Positions 32,928-43,667 of a DNA stretch of 46,179 bases are shown in pieces (position 1 is the stretch's first letter; each line of letters starts with the position of its first letter). The stretch is from a virus (Duplodnaviria > Caudoviricetes). The translations under genes were made by a program, and so were the position numbers. The stretch covers positions 1-46,179 of IMG/VR virus record IMGVR_UViG_3300030376_001764; one strand, written 5' to 3'. Under the pieces are notes generated by a model, which worked only from the letters and a program-made list of their open reading frames with translations, had not been told where the DNA came from and ran no database searches.

Positions 32928-35900
32928 TTACTTTTTAAAATTTTTCACGTCGCTATTAGTTATATCACTACTATCAGTACTAACAGCATCAAGTGAGTCA
33001 AAGCAGGGTCCATTTATAATCATACCGTGATCATATTGTTTGTATATTTGAGGTGCTATAACTAGTAGATAAGATCCGTCTCTAGTTTGTTCTGGGTTGT
33101 TTATATTAATACCTGACGCTTCGTTATAACGATCCACTCTTCTTATTCTAGCAAAACCTTTCATGCTATTATTTGTAATTCTATCTATTATATTTTCATA
33201 TTCTTGAGTTTTTTGAAAAGGAATCAATAATTCAGGATCTGCAAACAAACCAAATATTTCATCAAAATCACTTAACTGACCTGATATTTCACTTGATTCT
33301 GCTTGAGTTTTATTTGGCGTAAATAAATATCTAGCAGCTGGAGAAGCGGAATATAAAGTTAATCCTGGAGCAAACATTGCCAAATCACATGTAGGCTCAC
33401 TGTTGCTTACACCTATTATGCTAGTTTGATATTGGTATACGTTTGTGTTAGCCATTCCTTTTAATATACTTCCGTAAGAAGCGTTTGTAAAATCTCCTAT
33501 TTCATAATTAAAACTTGTAGAAGGATCAGGACTTTGACCACATTTAGCGCCAGAAAACGTAAACGCATTGTAGTTATTGTATAAGTTTCCAAAAGCTACC
33601 CTGTACTCTCCGGGTTCGTTTAAAACAAAAATTCTACCTCCTGGACCAGGCAGCATAGCCGCGTACGTAAAAGCTTCTTCAGGGCCTGCTGTGTTTGTTT
33701 TTCCAACACTAGTAGACCCAGACATATTAATCATTCTTAATCGATTGGTTAATATATTAGATGATGGATCTTCAGCTGTCATACCTTTTAATTTAACGTT
33801 ACCGCCTGAATCTACATCGTTTTCATATAAGTTACCGTAAACGCAATTATCATCATTAACGTCTTTCGCTATAGACCAGGGTTGGTTTTCGTTTTCTCTG
33901 TATTCTATAGCTGCATACATACCAGCTTCTGTTCGTAATTCTGCGCCACCACTTTGACCTCCTGTCATAGCTTGGTTAAGTTGGCATAAAACATAAAACA
34001 TACTTGATGGGTTTTCTACTGGTTTAGACTTAAACGCTCTAGCGTAATAAACGGCGTCGTTTTCAGAGTCTTCTTCTGGACAAACTTTACCTTCAACGGT
34101 AACATTTGTTTCGTTATTTAAATTAGCAATAGTGTAACCTACTTGATTAGATTCTGGTATAACATTATAGCTATCTAAATTATCTAAATCTTCTACAAAA
34201 AACTCTACTGATCCATCACCTTGTATTAAACTTGAGTCAACACTTGTTATAGGTAAACCTACTGCAGTATTGTTTGATCTACTAATGTTACACATGTAGT
34301 CAACAAGCGAAGGTACACATATGTTTTGAACAATATCTTTATATGTTCTAGATAAACCAGTTCCGTTTGTGTCAGTAACAGTTATATCATACATATAAGT
34401 ACCAAAGTTAGGCTGAGCATCTGATGCTAATTCTACTCTGCCTCCAGCATTTCCTCTATTTATCATTTTGCTAGCTTGTAAAACTTCAGCTCTTGAATTT
34501 ATAGGTTTAGCGGCAACAGTTGTTATTCTAAATTCAGTGTTATAGCCTTGGGCGCTTGGGCCTCTAATATTGCTTATTTGATAAGTTAAACCTTCTCTAT
34601 TTCTTTCTGGGTCAGCAGAGCCGTTAAAATTTTCATAAAGTCGTAACAAAGTAGTTGCTTTATAATGTCTAGCTATTTTAGCTTCTTCTGTGCTAAATTC
34701 CAAATAAGGTTCTACATTAGTAATTTGAAAAGGAAACTCATCAGTTTCTACAGGTACTATTGTAGTAAAAACAGGACCAATAGTTTCAACCGTAAAACTA
34801 AATTGAAATTGATTCACTGGATTTATATTATCGTTTGCTGAAGGTTCAAAATAAAAATAACTTTCATCTTTTACAATAAGATCAAATGACGTACCCCCTT
34901 GTTGTTTTAATTCAATCTTAAGATCTGATCCAGTTAACTCTTTACCGTTACCATCAAAGACTGTTAGGTCTACATTACCAACAGCAAGCTTGTCTCCATT
35001 TTCATCAACAAAATAAAAATCATCACCTTTAATTAAACTATCACCAGGCGTTACGCTTTCTGGGCAAAAGAAATCAAAGTTTCTAATACCAGCAGGACCG
35101 CTAACACCTTGATCTATAGCTATGTTTAAATCTTCTATTAAACCTGATGAAGTAGTTTCCCAAAATATATCAAGTTTAGATACAGTGGGTGCTGTTTCTA
35201 AAACCGCTAAATTTTCTATTTTTAAATAACCAACATTTGAAAAAGTTAAAGTAGTTCCACTAGCAATAGTTCCTTGACTTTTATTAAATGTAACAACGTT
35301 GTTAGTTCCGTCATATAATACTACATAGGTATCGGGAGATATATTAGTACCAGTGACTAATTGACCGGGTTTTATTTCTAAACCAGCTTGGTTGTTTGTT
35401 AAATCAAAACTAGCGTCAGCAGTACCTCCAATATCAACATCAGCAGTTCCAACCGTTGTGGTAATTTTTTGGTTGTTAATACCAAACTGAAAATCAGAGC
35501 TTTGCGATGTAATAAACTCTGCTACAAAAGGATTAGAATCTGCTTTATAAAAAGAGTAAAAAGGACTAACAGGATTTGTTACAAAAATAGTTCGATCTAC
35601 AACATCTTCAAATTGACTAACGTCAAACAAATCAAATAGATCTTCTATATTATTTGTAGTAAACTCTGATCTACCTGGAGAACCGTCGTTAGCTTCAGAG
35701 AATTGCTCGTTACCATCTACAACAAACTCGTTAGCGGTGTTCATTACCCTACCATAAAGCTTCACTGAACTTCTAAAAGTTTTATCTTGAGGTCCAACTT
35801 CAGATAAATCTCTAGGTATTTTATTGATATTGTCGTTTAAAAGAGTTATAAAAGAAGTGTTTTCTTCTACAGGAGAAGCGCTTGTGGGAGGTAACGATGT

Positions 35901-37778
35901 AATATAATTAAACGGTAGATCTTTCATAGCGCCTGCAGAGTAAACATTGTAATAGTCTTGCTCTACCTGCTTAACAACTATTTTGTAACTGTACCAACCA
36001 AGAGGGTTATAGTCTACATCGTCAACATTTCCGTTATACAAACCTGGCTCACCATCTTGTCTTGGTGTAGATTTACCACCAATAGCGCTATTAAATTGTA
36101 CTTTTAAAGAGTTACCTAAAAAATTCCACATAAACTCCGAGTCGTTAGAATCTTCTTTGCTATAAGGTAAATAAACTGTGTCAGCTTTAAACCCTTCTGT
36201 AGTAGCTGTAGACTCGTTATTTGATAGTATAACCGTAGATTGTCTACCAAACTTATCAGATAAAACTACACCAACTTGATAGTTTCTATTTTCTTTTACG
36301 TTGCTAGATGGGTACTCTACAGTACCTAAACTAGAGCCAACATCATTTGCTTCTAACTTTCTTGTTGCAGAAACTTGGTAGTTGATGCCTGTTGGCGGAG
36401 TATGTTTGTCTTGAAAATTACCATATATAATTCTATTAGAAGAAACTTCTTGAGAAAAAGCTTTTACTGGTGTTTTATCATAAACTCTAACTAACTCAGA
36501 CTCAGGTAAAGTCTTGTATGGTTTAGTAGAAACATAATCAAAACTAAAATAATTAGAGCCTTGAGCTGCCGCAGCTATATCTCTAACACTAACAGTTTCT
36601 ACAACTTGTACAGCTAATGCGTCTGATTCTTTATAAATAATATCTAATTCTGATATTTTATAAGAATTTTTTATATTGTCTGCTCTATCTGGTAAAGGTA
36701 TTTGAAGCGTTATTTTGTTTACTTTATTTTTAGCAAAATCAACTACAGTGCTAGAAAAAGTTTGTTTTTCATCTCCTTCTAAAAAATAACCGTCTTGTTT
36801 CGGAATGAAACACGCTTGCGTAAATGGAGCTAGTATAGAATATTCACCATCATCAAATCTAAATCTATAGCTAAATTTAGCAAATTTATCTTCTAAAAAA
36901 TTAGGATCTCCTCGAAAATTAAATTCGTAAAAAGGGTTTGTTGAACCATCAGGTAATGTTTCAGATACAGCATCAAACATAGATGTTTGAGTGTAGAAAA
37001 AATTAAGTTGATTACCAACATCTAATGTAACTTGTCTATTAAAAGTGATTATATTTTCTGCAGAATCTACATCAGCAACTACAACTTGATCTAATTCGTT
37101 TTGTATGTACTGAGGTGAAGATAAACAAAAACCTGGTAAAACATCAGTCGTGCTATTAACATGTACGTTTATTGTGTTTTCAGCTTTTTGTGTAACTTGA
37201 ACTGGAGTGGTTATAGTAACTTGTTGGCTAGATTTATTGTAAACATTTATAGCTAAGTAAGGATTATATTTAGCTACAGATATCTGATCTTCTGTAGTAT
37301 AATAACCTAACTCTTGATCTACGTTTATTTTTCTTGGCTGATTTCTATTGTCAGTAAAAAACAATAATTGTTCTAGTAAGTTAACACCTATTATTGGAAA
37401 CTTAGGATGAAAATTTAAAAAAGCACCCTCAACAAGAAGCTCAATACCGTCTTTATCAGACCATCTAAATACATAGTTTTTAGCCTCAGGATTATATTTA
37501 GTTCCTGAGTTTAGTTGATTAGTTGTAAAAAACAAATAAACTTTACTATTAGTTTGATCTACAAAATGACCAACACAAAATAAAGTTTCGTCTACAAAAC
37601 TAGAAAAATCACCAACATTAATGTTACCTTGTATATTTTCTAACGCACCTACGTCTTCACTTTCAGATTTAATAACTTGAACGTTTACAGCATCTCTATA
37701 TTCTCCATTAGGTAAAAGCCTAGAATCTAAGTCTTTATTCATCTTAGATTTTAGGAAAGAATTTTTAACTTCAGCCAT
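32928..37778 (-). CDS. Large tail nozzle/stabilisation protein (1616 aa)
   Basis: N-terminal MNKDLDSRLLPNGEYRDAVN, LFFTDNRNQPRKIN, FSYRFRFDDGEYS, NRIIYGNF: recalled from crAss-like tail proteins. Confidence 0.7.
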   Translation of the reverse strand: MAEVKNSFLKSKMNKDLDSRLLPNGEYRDAVNVQVIKSESEDVGALENIQGNINVGDFSSFVDETLFCVGHFVDQTNSKVYLFFTTNQLNSGTKYNPEAKNYVFRWSDKDGIELLVEGAFLNFHPKFPIIGVNLLEQLLFFTDNRNQPRKINVDQELGYYTTEDQISVAKYNPYLAINVYNKSSQQVTITTPVQVTQKAENTINVHVNSTTDVLPGFCLSSPQYIQNELDQVVVADVDSAENIITFNRQVTLDVGNQLNFFYTQTSMFDAVSETLPDGSTNPFYEFNFRGDPNFLEDKFAKFSYRFRFDDGEYSILAPFTQACFIPKQDGYFLEGDEKQTFSSTVVDFAKNKVNKITLQIPLPDRADNIKNSYKISELDIIYKESDALAVQVVETVSVRDIAAAAQGSNYFSFDYVSTKPYKTLPESELVRVYDKTPVKAFSQEVSSNRIIYGNFQDKHTPPTGINYQVSATRKLEANDVGSSLGTVEYPSSNVKENRNYQVGVVLSDKFGRQSTVILSNNESTATTEGFKADTVYLPYSKEDSNDSEFMWNFLGNSLKVQFNSAIGGKSTPRQDGEPGLYNGNVDDVDYNPLGWYSYKIVVKQVEQDYYNVYSAGAMKDLPFNYITSLPPTSASPVEENTSFITLLNDNINKIPRDLSEVGPQDKTFRSSVKLYGRVMNTANEFVVDGNEQFSEANDGSPGRSEFTTNNIEDLFDLFDVSQFEDVVDRTIFVTNPVSPFYSFYKADSNPFVAEFITSQSSDFQFGINNQKITTTVGTADVDIGGTADASFDLTNNQAGLEIKPGQLVTGTNISPDTYVVLYDGTNNVVTFNKSQGTIASGTTLTFSNVGYLKIENLAVLETAPTVSKLDIFWETTSSGLIEDLNIAIDQGVSGPAGIRNFDFFCPESVTPGDSLIKGDDFYFVDENGDKLAVGNVDLTVFDGNGKELTGSDLKIELKQQGGTSFDLIVKDESYFYFEPSANDNINPVNQFQFSFTVETIGPVFTTIVPVETDEFPFQITNVEPYLEFSTEEAKIARHYKATTLLRLYENFNGSADPERNREGLTYQISNIRGPSAQGYNTEFRITTVAAKPINSRAEVLQASKMINRGNAGGRVELASDAQPNFGTYMYDITVTDTNGTGLSRTYKDIVQNICVPSLVDYMCNISRSNNTAVGLPITSVDSSLIQGDGSVEFFVEDLDNLDSYNVIPESNQVGYTIANLNNETNVTVEGKVCPEEDSENDAVYYARAFKSKPVENPSSMFYVLCQLNQAMTGGQSGGAELRTEAGMYAAIEYRENENQPWSIAKDVNDDNCVYGNLYENDVDSGGNVKLKGMTAEDPSSNILTNRLRMINMSGSTSVGKTNTAGPEEAFTYAAMLPGPGGRIFVLNEPGEYRVAFGNLYNNYNAFTFSGAKCGQSPDPSTSFNYEIGDFTNASYGSILKGMANTNVYQYQTSIIGVSNSEPTCDLAMFAPGLTLYSASPAARYLFTPNKTQAESSEISGQLSDFDEIFGLFADPELLIPFQKTQEYENIIDRITNNSMKGFARIRRVDRYNEASGININNPEQTRDGSYLLVIAPQIYKQYDHGMIINGPCFDSLDAVSTDSSDITNSDVKNFKK

Positions 37779-37784
37779 TTAATT

Positions 37785-39260
37785 TTAGTGTTTTAACCAT
37801 TTGGATTTACCTCTCATAACTTGAACTATTTGATTTAATTTCAAGTTAGACAAACGTATCTTAGCATTTCTAAGTTTAGTACTTGCTTCTCGTTTTAACC
37901 TTTGCACGACGTACTCAGGTTGATTTATTCTGCTAGCAATAACAGCGTGACTGATATAAGCATACATAGCTTCTTCTGCTAGCTTAGGTACTCTTGTTTC
38001 TAGGTTAGTTGAAAGACCGTCTGATATATATTCAAACACAATAATCTTATTAACTAAGTTTGCTGAAAAAGACATTTTACCTTCTCTTTCGTTTATGTTA
38101 AAATAACCATTTATATTTCCATACTCAGGTTCTAAGCCAAACAATTGACCATAACCAAACTCAGGCCAACCGTAATAGTATTCCCAACCTCTCTCTGGAT
38201 TGTCAGCTAAACCGTTGTCAGGATAGTTTCCTTCTAAGTAATTGTTTTGCCATCTATCCTCTACAATAGACGTGCCTGTGATATCGTTACCAAAGTTATC
38301 TTGCGTAGGTACACCTTTAGAGTCTTGCAAAGGTATTGTGTATGGATTACTAGTTAAGTTATTTGTAGGTAGTATAGGATGTTGAACACCTTGATTGTCA
38401 ACCCAATATAAGTTAACATAGTTAACGTAATCTTGTGGTAGTACTACGCTTAAGTTATGAGGTATTGTTAGCTCTTGAGAGTTAACACTTTTAAGCGTAT
38501 CATAACTAAACTCTTGCATAGCTCGCTTAGCATGAAACATTACATCAGTTCTTTTTACGCTAGGTATAAGTTTACCAGCACCAACATATGCAACTAAAAA
38601 GTTATTTATAACGTCATTTAACGTAGTATAAGAGTATGAGCCATAGTTATCTTCAACTACATTACCAAAAGCTTTCTGGTCAGTGTTAACACCGTAGTTG
38701 CCACCATCTAATGTTTTTAATTGAACTACAATATAATTGTCAGCAGTAAAAACTATAGGTTGAAGTATTTCTATAGCTGCAGTATCGCTATACGTAGCCT
38801 CACCATACAAAGCAGAATCCCAACTATACTTTTTAACATTGTTGAGCCCAGCATCTGTTATACTATTTATAACCGCGTAATTAGTATTACCACTCCATGT
38901 AGCCCCTGTGATTTTTATATAATCACCTATATTAACAGGGCCATTTAAATTAGCATCTGGAATATCAATGTAACTAACATTATTACCTTCAAATTCAGCA
39001 GTAGCTGTTGCAGAGAAGTTTATTGTATTACCAGTTACTCTATAGTTTAAAGTTTTATATTCTACCCAAGTGCCTGGTATACCATTAGAACTAGTATATA
39101 TTTTAAAGTTATTTAAAGCATACTCTTCTACGTCTGGCTTAGACGCATAAAATTTTAAGTCAGTATCAAACGTAGTTGTAAACTGTACGGTTGTGCCATC
39201 TGATCTAAAGCCTTGAGCGCCTTCGTAATACTGCCGATTGTTTTCTGTAAGTAATGACAT
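37785..39260 (-). CDS. Tail ring/adaptor structural protein
   Basis: LPQDYVNYV...EYISDGL...VPKLAEEA.Y.YI; position in the tail module. Confidence 0.6.
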   Translation of the reverse strand: MSLLTENNRQYYEGAQGFRSDGTTVQFTTTFDTDLKFYASKPDVEEYALNNFKIYTSSNGIPGTWVEYKTLNYRVTGNTINFSATATAEFEGNNVSYIDIPDANLNGPVNIGDYIKITGATWSGNTNYAVINSITDAGLNNVKKYSWDSALYGEATYSDTAAIEILQPIVFTADNYIVVQLKTLDGGNYGVNTDQKAFGNVVEDNYGSYSYTTLNDVINNFLVAYVGAGKLIPSVKRTDVMFHAKRAMQEFSYDTLKSVNSQELTIPHNLSVVLPQDYVNYVNLYWVDNQGVQHPILPTNNLTSNPYTIPLQDSKGVPTQDNFGNDITGTSIVEDRWQNNYLEGNYPDNGLADNPERGWEYYYGWPEFGYGQLFGLEPEYGNINGYFNINEREGKMSFSANLVNKIIVFEYISDGLSTNLETRVPKLAEEAMYAYISHAVIASRINQPEYVVQRLKREASTKLRNAKIRLSNLKLNQIVQVMRGKSKWLKH

Positions 39261-39263
39261 CTA

Positions 39264-40046
39264 TTAACTTTTTTTGTTTGCTTCGTTTTGTGCTACTTCA
39301 GCTGTCGCAGCTTGTATAATTTGCGGATCACGTATAACTATACCAGAGTATTGTAATATTCTAAGTATAACATTAACTTGCTCAGACTGTTCTAGTTCAA
39401 AGTTTTGAGAAGTAGATGAGTCCCAAATATAAGATCCGCCAGGTCCGTTTGTTTGAAAACCCCAATTTATATCTAAAGGTTTACGTATCATTGAAGCCTC
39501 TACAGTAGAACCTGTTGCTATACTTGTAGGTTTTATTAGTAGCTTATTACCTTCGTATAAATAGCATGGAAAATCTTCCGTAGGTCTAGTTAAAGGGGAT
39601 TTATCTATATTGTAAAAATCACTGCGTTGTAGTCTTTGCAGCTCTACTGGAAAACCAGTTAAAGGTATATATGTTATAGTACCTAGCCTGTAAAAATAAA
39701 CTTCATCTTTACCAAGTGGCTCATTATCATATTTTACATTAAAAGCAACGTTACCAATTGCTGTTGCTGGTAAGTTCCAATAATCGTTAGTGCTGTTATA
39801 CAAACAATTACCTTGCGCTTTAAAATAAGATATTTTTTCGTCTATATTCATTTGCCGATCTGCATAATCATAGTCGGCTTGTGGCACACGTAGCTGTTGA
39901 TTAAGATCATCGAAGTATTGTTCAAATATATCTAATTGAACTTGTGTAGCTGTTTTATTAAACTCATCAGGAGTTATATAACCCCGTTGTTCTTTGTTGA
40001 GTATTAGCAAAACGGTTTTATATACTGTATCTACGTTTATTGCCAT
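39264..40046 (-). CDS. Tail ring/tubular (gatekeeper-like) protein
   Basis: LNKEQRGYITPDEFN..A..VQ...YIRKP-like motif; position. Confidence 0.6.
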   Translation of the reverse strand: MAINVDTVYKTVLLILNKEQRGYITPDEFNKTATQVQLDIFEQYFDDLNQQLRVPQADYDYADRQMNIDEKISYFKAQGNCLYNSTNDYWNLPATAIGNVAFNVKYDNEPLGKDEVYFYRLGTITYIPLTGFPVELQRLQRSDFYNIDKSPLTRPTEDFPCYLYEGNKLLIKPTSIATGSTVEASMIRKPLDINWGFQTNGPGGSYIWDSSTSQNFELEQSEQVNVILRILQYSGIVIRDPQIIQAATAEVAQNEANKKS

Positions 40047-40066
40047 TTATATTTTTTTTAAGTATA

Positions 40067-40088
40067 AGGGCCCGAGTGAACGAGCCCT
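40067..40088 (-). promoter_or_regulatory. GC-rich intergenic hairpin
   Basis: Minus strand AGGGCTCG-TTCACT-CGGGCCCT; no U tract. Confidence 0.45.
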
Positions 40089-40104
40089 ATACTATTGTTA
40101 CATG

Positions 40105-40875
40105 TTATTTTAGCTTTTTCTCGATAGACTTGAAGACTTCTACGCCTTCATCTGTCTTAAAGAAAGCTGCCATAGCAGAGTATGGATTTTCATCAAATGG
40201 TACATTCATTAGTTTTTTACCATTAGACGCCCATGAAAATGATCTTTGATCTTGAGATAAATTTATAATATTAGCCTCAGTAGCTAGTATTGCAAAGTTT
40301 CTAAGTTGAACATTTTCATCTTTAGCTAGATCTAAAAACAAAGCTGGATTTTGTCTAGCAAAAACAAGTGCATCTCGTTTTAATTCTTTAGACGATAACT
40401 CACCTACTTTACTACCAACCTCAACTCTCATTATAGCTTCTAGATGTTCTAGGTTCATACCGCGAGCAGCGTTTAATGCATCAATTTGCAACTCCATAAT
40501 ATCTAATTCATTATCAGCTATTACAGTGGAGTCAAACTCTTTGTATTTCTTATCTTTTAATGGGTGATACAAAGATAATAATTTTTGCAACGCTTGATTT
40601 CTTTTAGGAACAACTAACGCTCCGTCTCTAAATAATATAGTGCCCATAGTAACCTCACCTTCTTGCTCGTCTTTAAAGCAAGAGTTCATATTTGTAGCAT
40701 ATCTAAGTTCACGCTGCGTATTTGTTTCTTCATCATACCAAAGCATAGGTACTTTCCTACTATGCTTAGAAGGTATTCTCATGGTTAAAGGTTTGTATCT
40801 ACCAACAACCATATATGTTCTATCTTTAATTTCCCAACTTTTTTTAACGTTAGGTTTTTCTTTTGTTTTTGTCAT
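40105..40875 (-). CDS. Conserved protein downstream of the major capsid gene (256 aa)
   Basis: RELRYATN...I.F.DG.L.VP...LQK.L...HP; structural-module position. Confidence 0.7.
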   Translation of the reverse strand: MTKTKEKPNVKKSWEIKDRTYMVVGRYKPLTMRIPSKHSRKVPMLWYDEETNTQRELRYATNMNSCFKDEQEGEVTMGTILFRDGALVVPKRNQALQKLLSLYHPLKDKKYKEFDSTVIADNELDIMELQIDALNAARGMNLEHLEAIMRVEVGSKVGELSSKELKRDALVFARQNPALFLDLAKDENVQLRNFAILATEANIINLSQDQRSFSWASNGKKLMNVPFDENPYSAMAAFFKTDEGVEVFKSIEKKLK

Positions 40876-40897
40876 GATATAATATAATAAAATTAGT

Positions 40898-40940
40898 TAA
40901 AAGTAATAACTACCCTCGTCAGTACAACGAGGGTAATTAC
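40898..40940 (-). terminator. Intrinsic terminator after the major capsid gene
   Basis: 9-bp stem TACCCTCGT/ACGAGGGTA followed on the minus strand by GTTATTACTTTT. Confidence 0.7.
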
Positions 40941-40954
40941 TACAAAATTTATGA

Positions 40955-42439
40955 TTACGCAACTACGTGAGTAAACAATACAAAGTTATTAGCGCCTTGC
41001 ACACACAAACATCTTTCAGATAGGAAGTTTACTTCCATCGCATCAAGATCACTTGTGAAAGCACCACCAACAGATCCAGTCAACCAAGACTTCATACGAC
41101 GATCGTCAGTTTGTGACGCTCTATATCGTACGTGTAAGAATGGGCGACGTATGTTAGTACCAAGAATTTGGTCATACACTGTCGATGTACCTGCAGGGAT
41201 TAATACTCCGTCAATAGCGCTTACACCATAAGTTGTAGCGTCTGCTTTGATAGCACCTCTTGTAGAAGCATCGTTTAGGTATTTCCAGTCAGTTTTGTAG
41301 AAGTCGTAAGAACCTCTGCGGAAACCATTGAATCCTAAATTCAACGCCATATCTTCTGAATTTTCGAAGATACCATAAGAACTACCACCACCGTAGTTTG
41401 AACCAGCGCCTTGTGGAGCGCCTACTCCAGCTAGCATATCGTCAAATCCTAGCGCAGTTTCACGATTCAAGAAAAGCATGTTTTCTTCAATAGCTCCTTG
41501 CGTGTCTAGGTTACGTAGAATAGCATCAAATTCTTCTAGTTTATCACCAGAAGCATTAAAACCTACTTCTTCGTTACCACGAGTTTGAATAGCAGCAAAC
41601 AGACCTTCTGTACCTTTAAAGCCGTTTGCAGGGTCAGCAGCGGCAGAACCAGTTGCAGCTTTTTCACCTTCAATTACTGACATTTCTAGGTAATCTTCAA
41701 AACGTAGTCTTGTTTCAGACTCAGCCTTTAAGTACCATAGATACCCTCCAGTTCCGTCTTCAGTAGCTACTTCAACCCAACCAATCTGAGCAGTGTCAGA
41801 ACCAGAAACAACATATTTGCTTCGGATAATAATTGGTGAGTTAGAAAACTGAGTAAACGAAGGGTCTACACTTACAAAGCCATCAGTTGTAGTAGCTGAG
41901 GTGTTGTTAGGTAAAGATGAACCTTTTGAATACTCAGAGCCGTATACAAACATTTTTACAGTTCCACCAAGACCAGAAGTGTCTGCAGCAGTGTAAGGAG
42001 CTACAACTACATCTCCAGTTGTTAAGTTAGAAGATATTACTACAGCTTTTAACTCATTACCAGCAGCATCTAGTAGCACTACAGTTTGGTTTACTGAAAT
42101 TACGTTTTTAACGTCTGCGGCAATAGGAATAGTAATAGTACTAGTACCCCCAGTGTTAGTACATCCGTCGTAAGCAATGTGCAAACGGTTTTGTTCAGAC
42201 CAAATTACTTGGTCAGAAGTCATAGGCATTTCAGCTCCTACCATACGTAAAAATCCAGAAAGTGTACGGTTTCCGTAGCGCTCTATTTCTTTTTCGTAAA
42301 TCTCAGGTAGATATTGTTGAGCAAATGTATCAGAATCGCCATCACCAGTACCGCCATTAAATGACAGGTAGTTAGTGTCTAGCAATTGTTGTTTTTGAGA
42401 TGGGACAATACTCCCAAATAATGGATCAATTCCAGGCAT
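40955..42439 (-). CDS. Major capsid protein
   Basis: 494 aa after portal and scaffold, followed by a terminator; QQYLPE.YE.E.ERYGNR, W.EQ.RLH, GF.GFRRG.YDFYK. Confidence 0.8.
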   Translation of the reverse strand: MPGIDPLFGSIVPSQKQQLLDTNYLSFNGGTGDGDSDTFAQQYLPEIYEKEIERYGNRTLSGFLRMVGAEMPMTSDQVIWSEQNRLHIAYDGCTNTGGTSTITIPIAADVKNVISVNQTVVLLDAAGNELKAVVISSNLTTGDVVVAPYTAADTSGLGGTVKMFVYGSEYSKGSSLPNNTSATTTDGFVSVDPSFTQFSNSPIIIRSKYVVSGSDTAQIGWVEVATEDGTGGYLWYLKAESETRLRFEDYLEMSVIEGEKAATGSAAADPANGFKGTEGLFAAIQTRGNEEVGFNASGDKLEEFDAILRNLDTQGAIEENMLFLNRETALGFDDMLAGVGAPQGAGSNYGGGSSYGIFENSEDMALNLGFNGFRRGSYDFYKTDWKYLNDASTRGAIKADATTYGVSAIDGVLIPAGTSTVYDQILGTNIRRPFLHVRYRASQTDDRRMKSWLTGSVGGAFTSDLDAMEVNFLSERCLCVQGANNFVLFTHVVA

Positions 42440-42445
42440 GATTAA

Positions 42446-43636
42446 TTATTTTTTAATTGTTATTTTTTTAACTTTAAGTTTTGAAGAATCATCGCCACTA
42501 ATAGCTTTTACTCTAAGTCCATTTACAAATACTTCGCCAGCAGATGTTTTACGCGGTTCAGTCGAAATGTTTTTTGACTTAGCCATAACGTTTTTAACAG
42601 CGTCAGCTTTTCCTTGTTCGTAGAAATGTTGAGCTAAAGTATCAGCGTTTCTAGCTGCGTACAAAGCTTTGTGATAACCTGACAAATCCGATATCTTATT
42701 TTCTTTATCTAGGAACTTCCCAATAAAATTAGTAATATCGGACTGAGCGTCAGCCACTTGCTTAGGATTTTTAACACCATACCTAAACTTTTTGTCCCCA
42801 ACGGTGAAATCAAAACCTTTGAAATCATTAGTCAAAAAGTTGTTAGTACGATCAACAAAATCATTATGCATTTGCTTTACGGCGTTTTGCTCTTCATTGT
42901 ATCGATTGAAAAAGTCTGTAGCTTTTTGTTGCTCTTGGGTTACGCCCGGTCTCAACTTGATCTCGTCGTAGTATTTACCTTTTAAGTCTTCCAAAAAGTT
43001 TTTGGCTTTTCCAACTTCTTCTTTAAACGCAATTTTCTTTTTGCGTATTTCTTTTTCGTCGTCTAACTCTTCATCGTAACTAAAGTCTTCTAATAAAAGA
43101 CTAACATCGTCATGATCAAGATGCGGTCGTGTTTGTTTATAATATTCTCTTACTAAAGTATTATTATCTACGTTAGTGTAGTCTGCATTCAATCGAACAT
43201 AATCTTCGACTGTACCACCAGTTTCTTCCATAAACGAAACTAGCTTTTCAATATTTTCAGGTAAAGACTTTTGTTCTACAACATCTTGTTTAACTTCTTT
43301 TACCTCTTCAATAGGTTTTATTTCTTCTTCCGATACCTCTTCAATAACAGAGATAGGGGACTCTTCATTTGAATCGGTGGCCCGTACTTCTTCAACCACT
43401 TCTTTGCTGTCGCTACTGTCTTCGGATTGTCCGACAATATCATCGCTTGCATCTGTGCTTTGCTCTTGAACGGCATTTTCTTCAGTTTTAATTTCTACTT
43501 TTGTAACATCTTGATATACCTCACCTTGACTGCTTGGTATTTCTATTTTAGTTACATCTTCTTTTTTACCTAAGTTCTTAGGTTTAGAAGGTTTTTTAAC
43601 TTTAAACTCACCTTCTTGTTTCACTTCTTCTGACAT
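42446..43636 (-). CDS. Scaffolding-like protein
   Basis: Acidic low-complexity N-terminus, helical C-terminus with HFYEQGKADA; lies between portal and MCP. Confidence 0.65.
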   Translation of the reverse strand: MSEEVKQEGEFKVKKPSKPKNLGKKEDVTKIEIPSSQGEVYQDVTKVEIKTEENAVQEQSTDASDDIVGQSEDSSDSKEVVEEVRATDSNEESPISVIEEVSEEEIKPIEEVKEVKQDVVEQKSLPENIEKLVSFMEETGGTVEDYVRLNADYTNVDNNTLVREYYKQTRPHLDHDDVSLLLEDFSYDEELDDEKEIRKKKIAFKEEVGKAKNFLEDLKGKYYDEIKLRPGVTQEQQKATDFFNRYNEEQNAVKQMHNDFVDRTNNFLTNDFKGFDFTVGDKKFRYGVKNPKQVADAQSDITNFIGKFLDKENKISDLSGYHKALYAARNADTLAQHFYEQGKADAVKNVMAKSKNISTEPRKTSAGEVFVNGLRVKAISGDDSSKLKVKKITIKK

Positions 43637-43667
43637 AATATAATATAATTAAATAATTAAAAATTTT

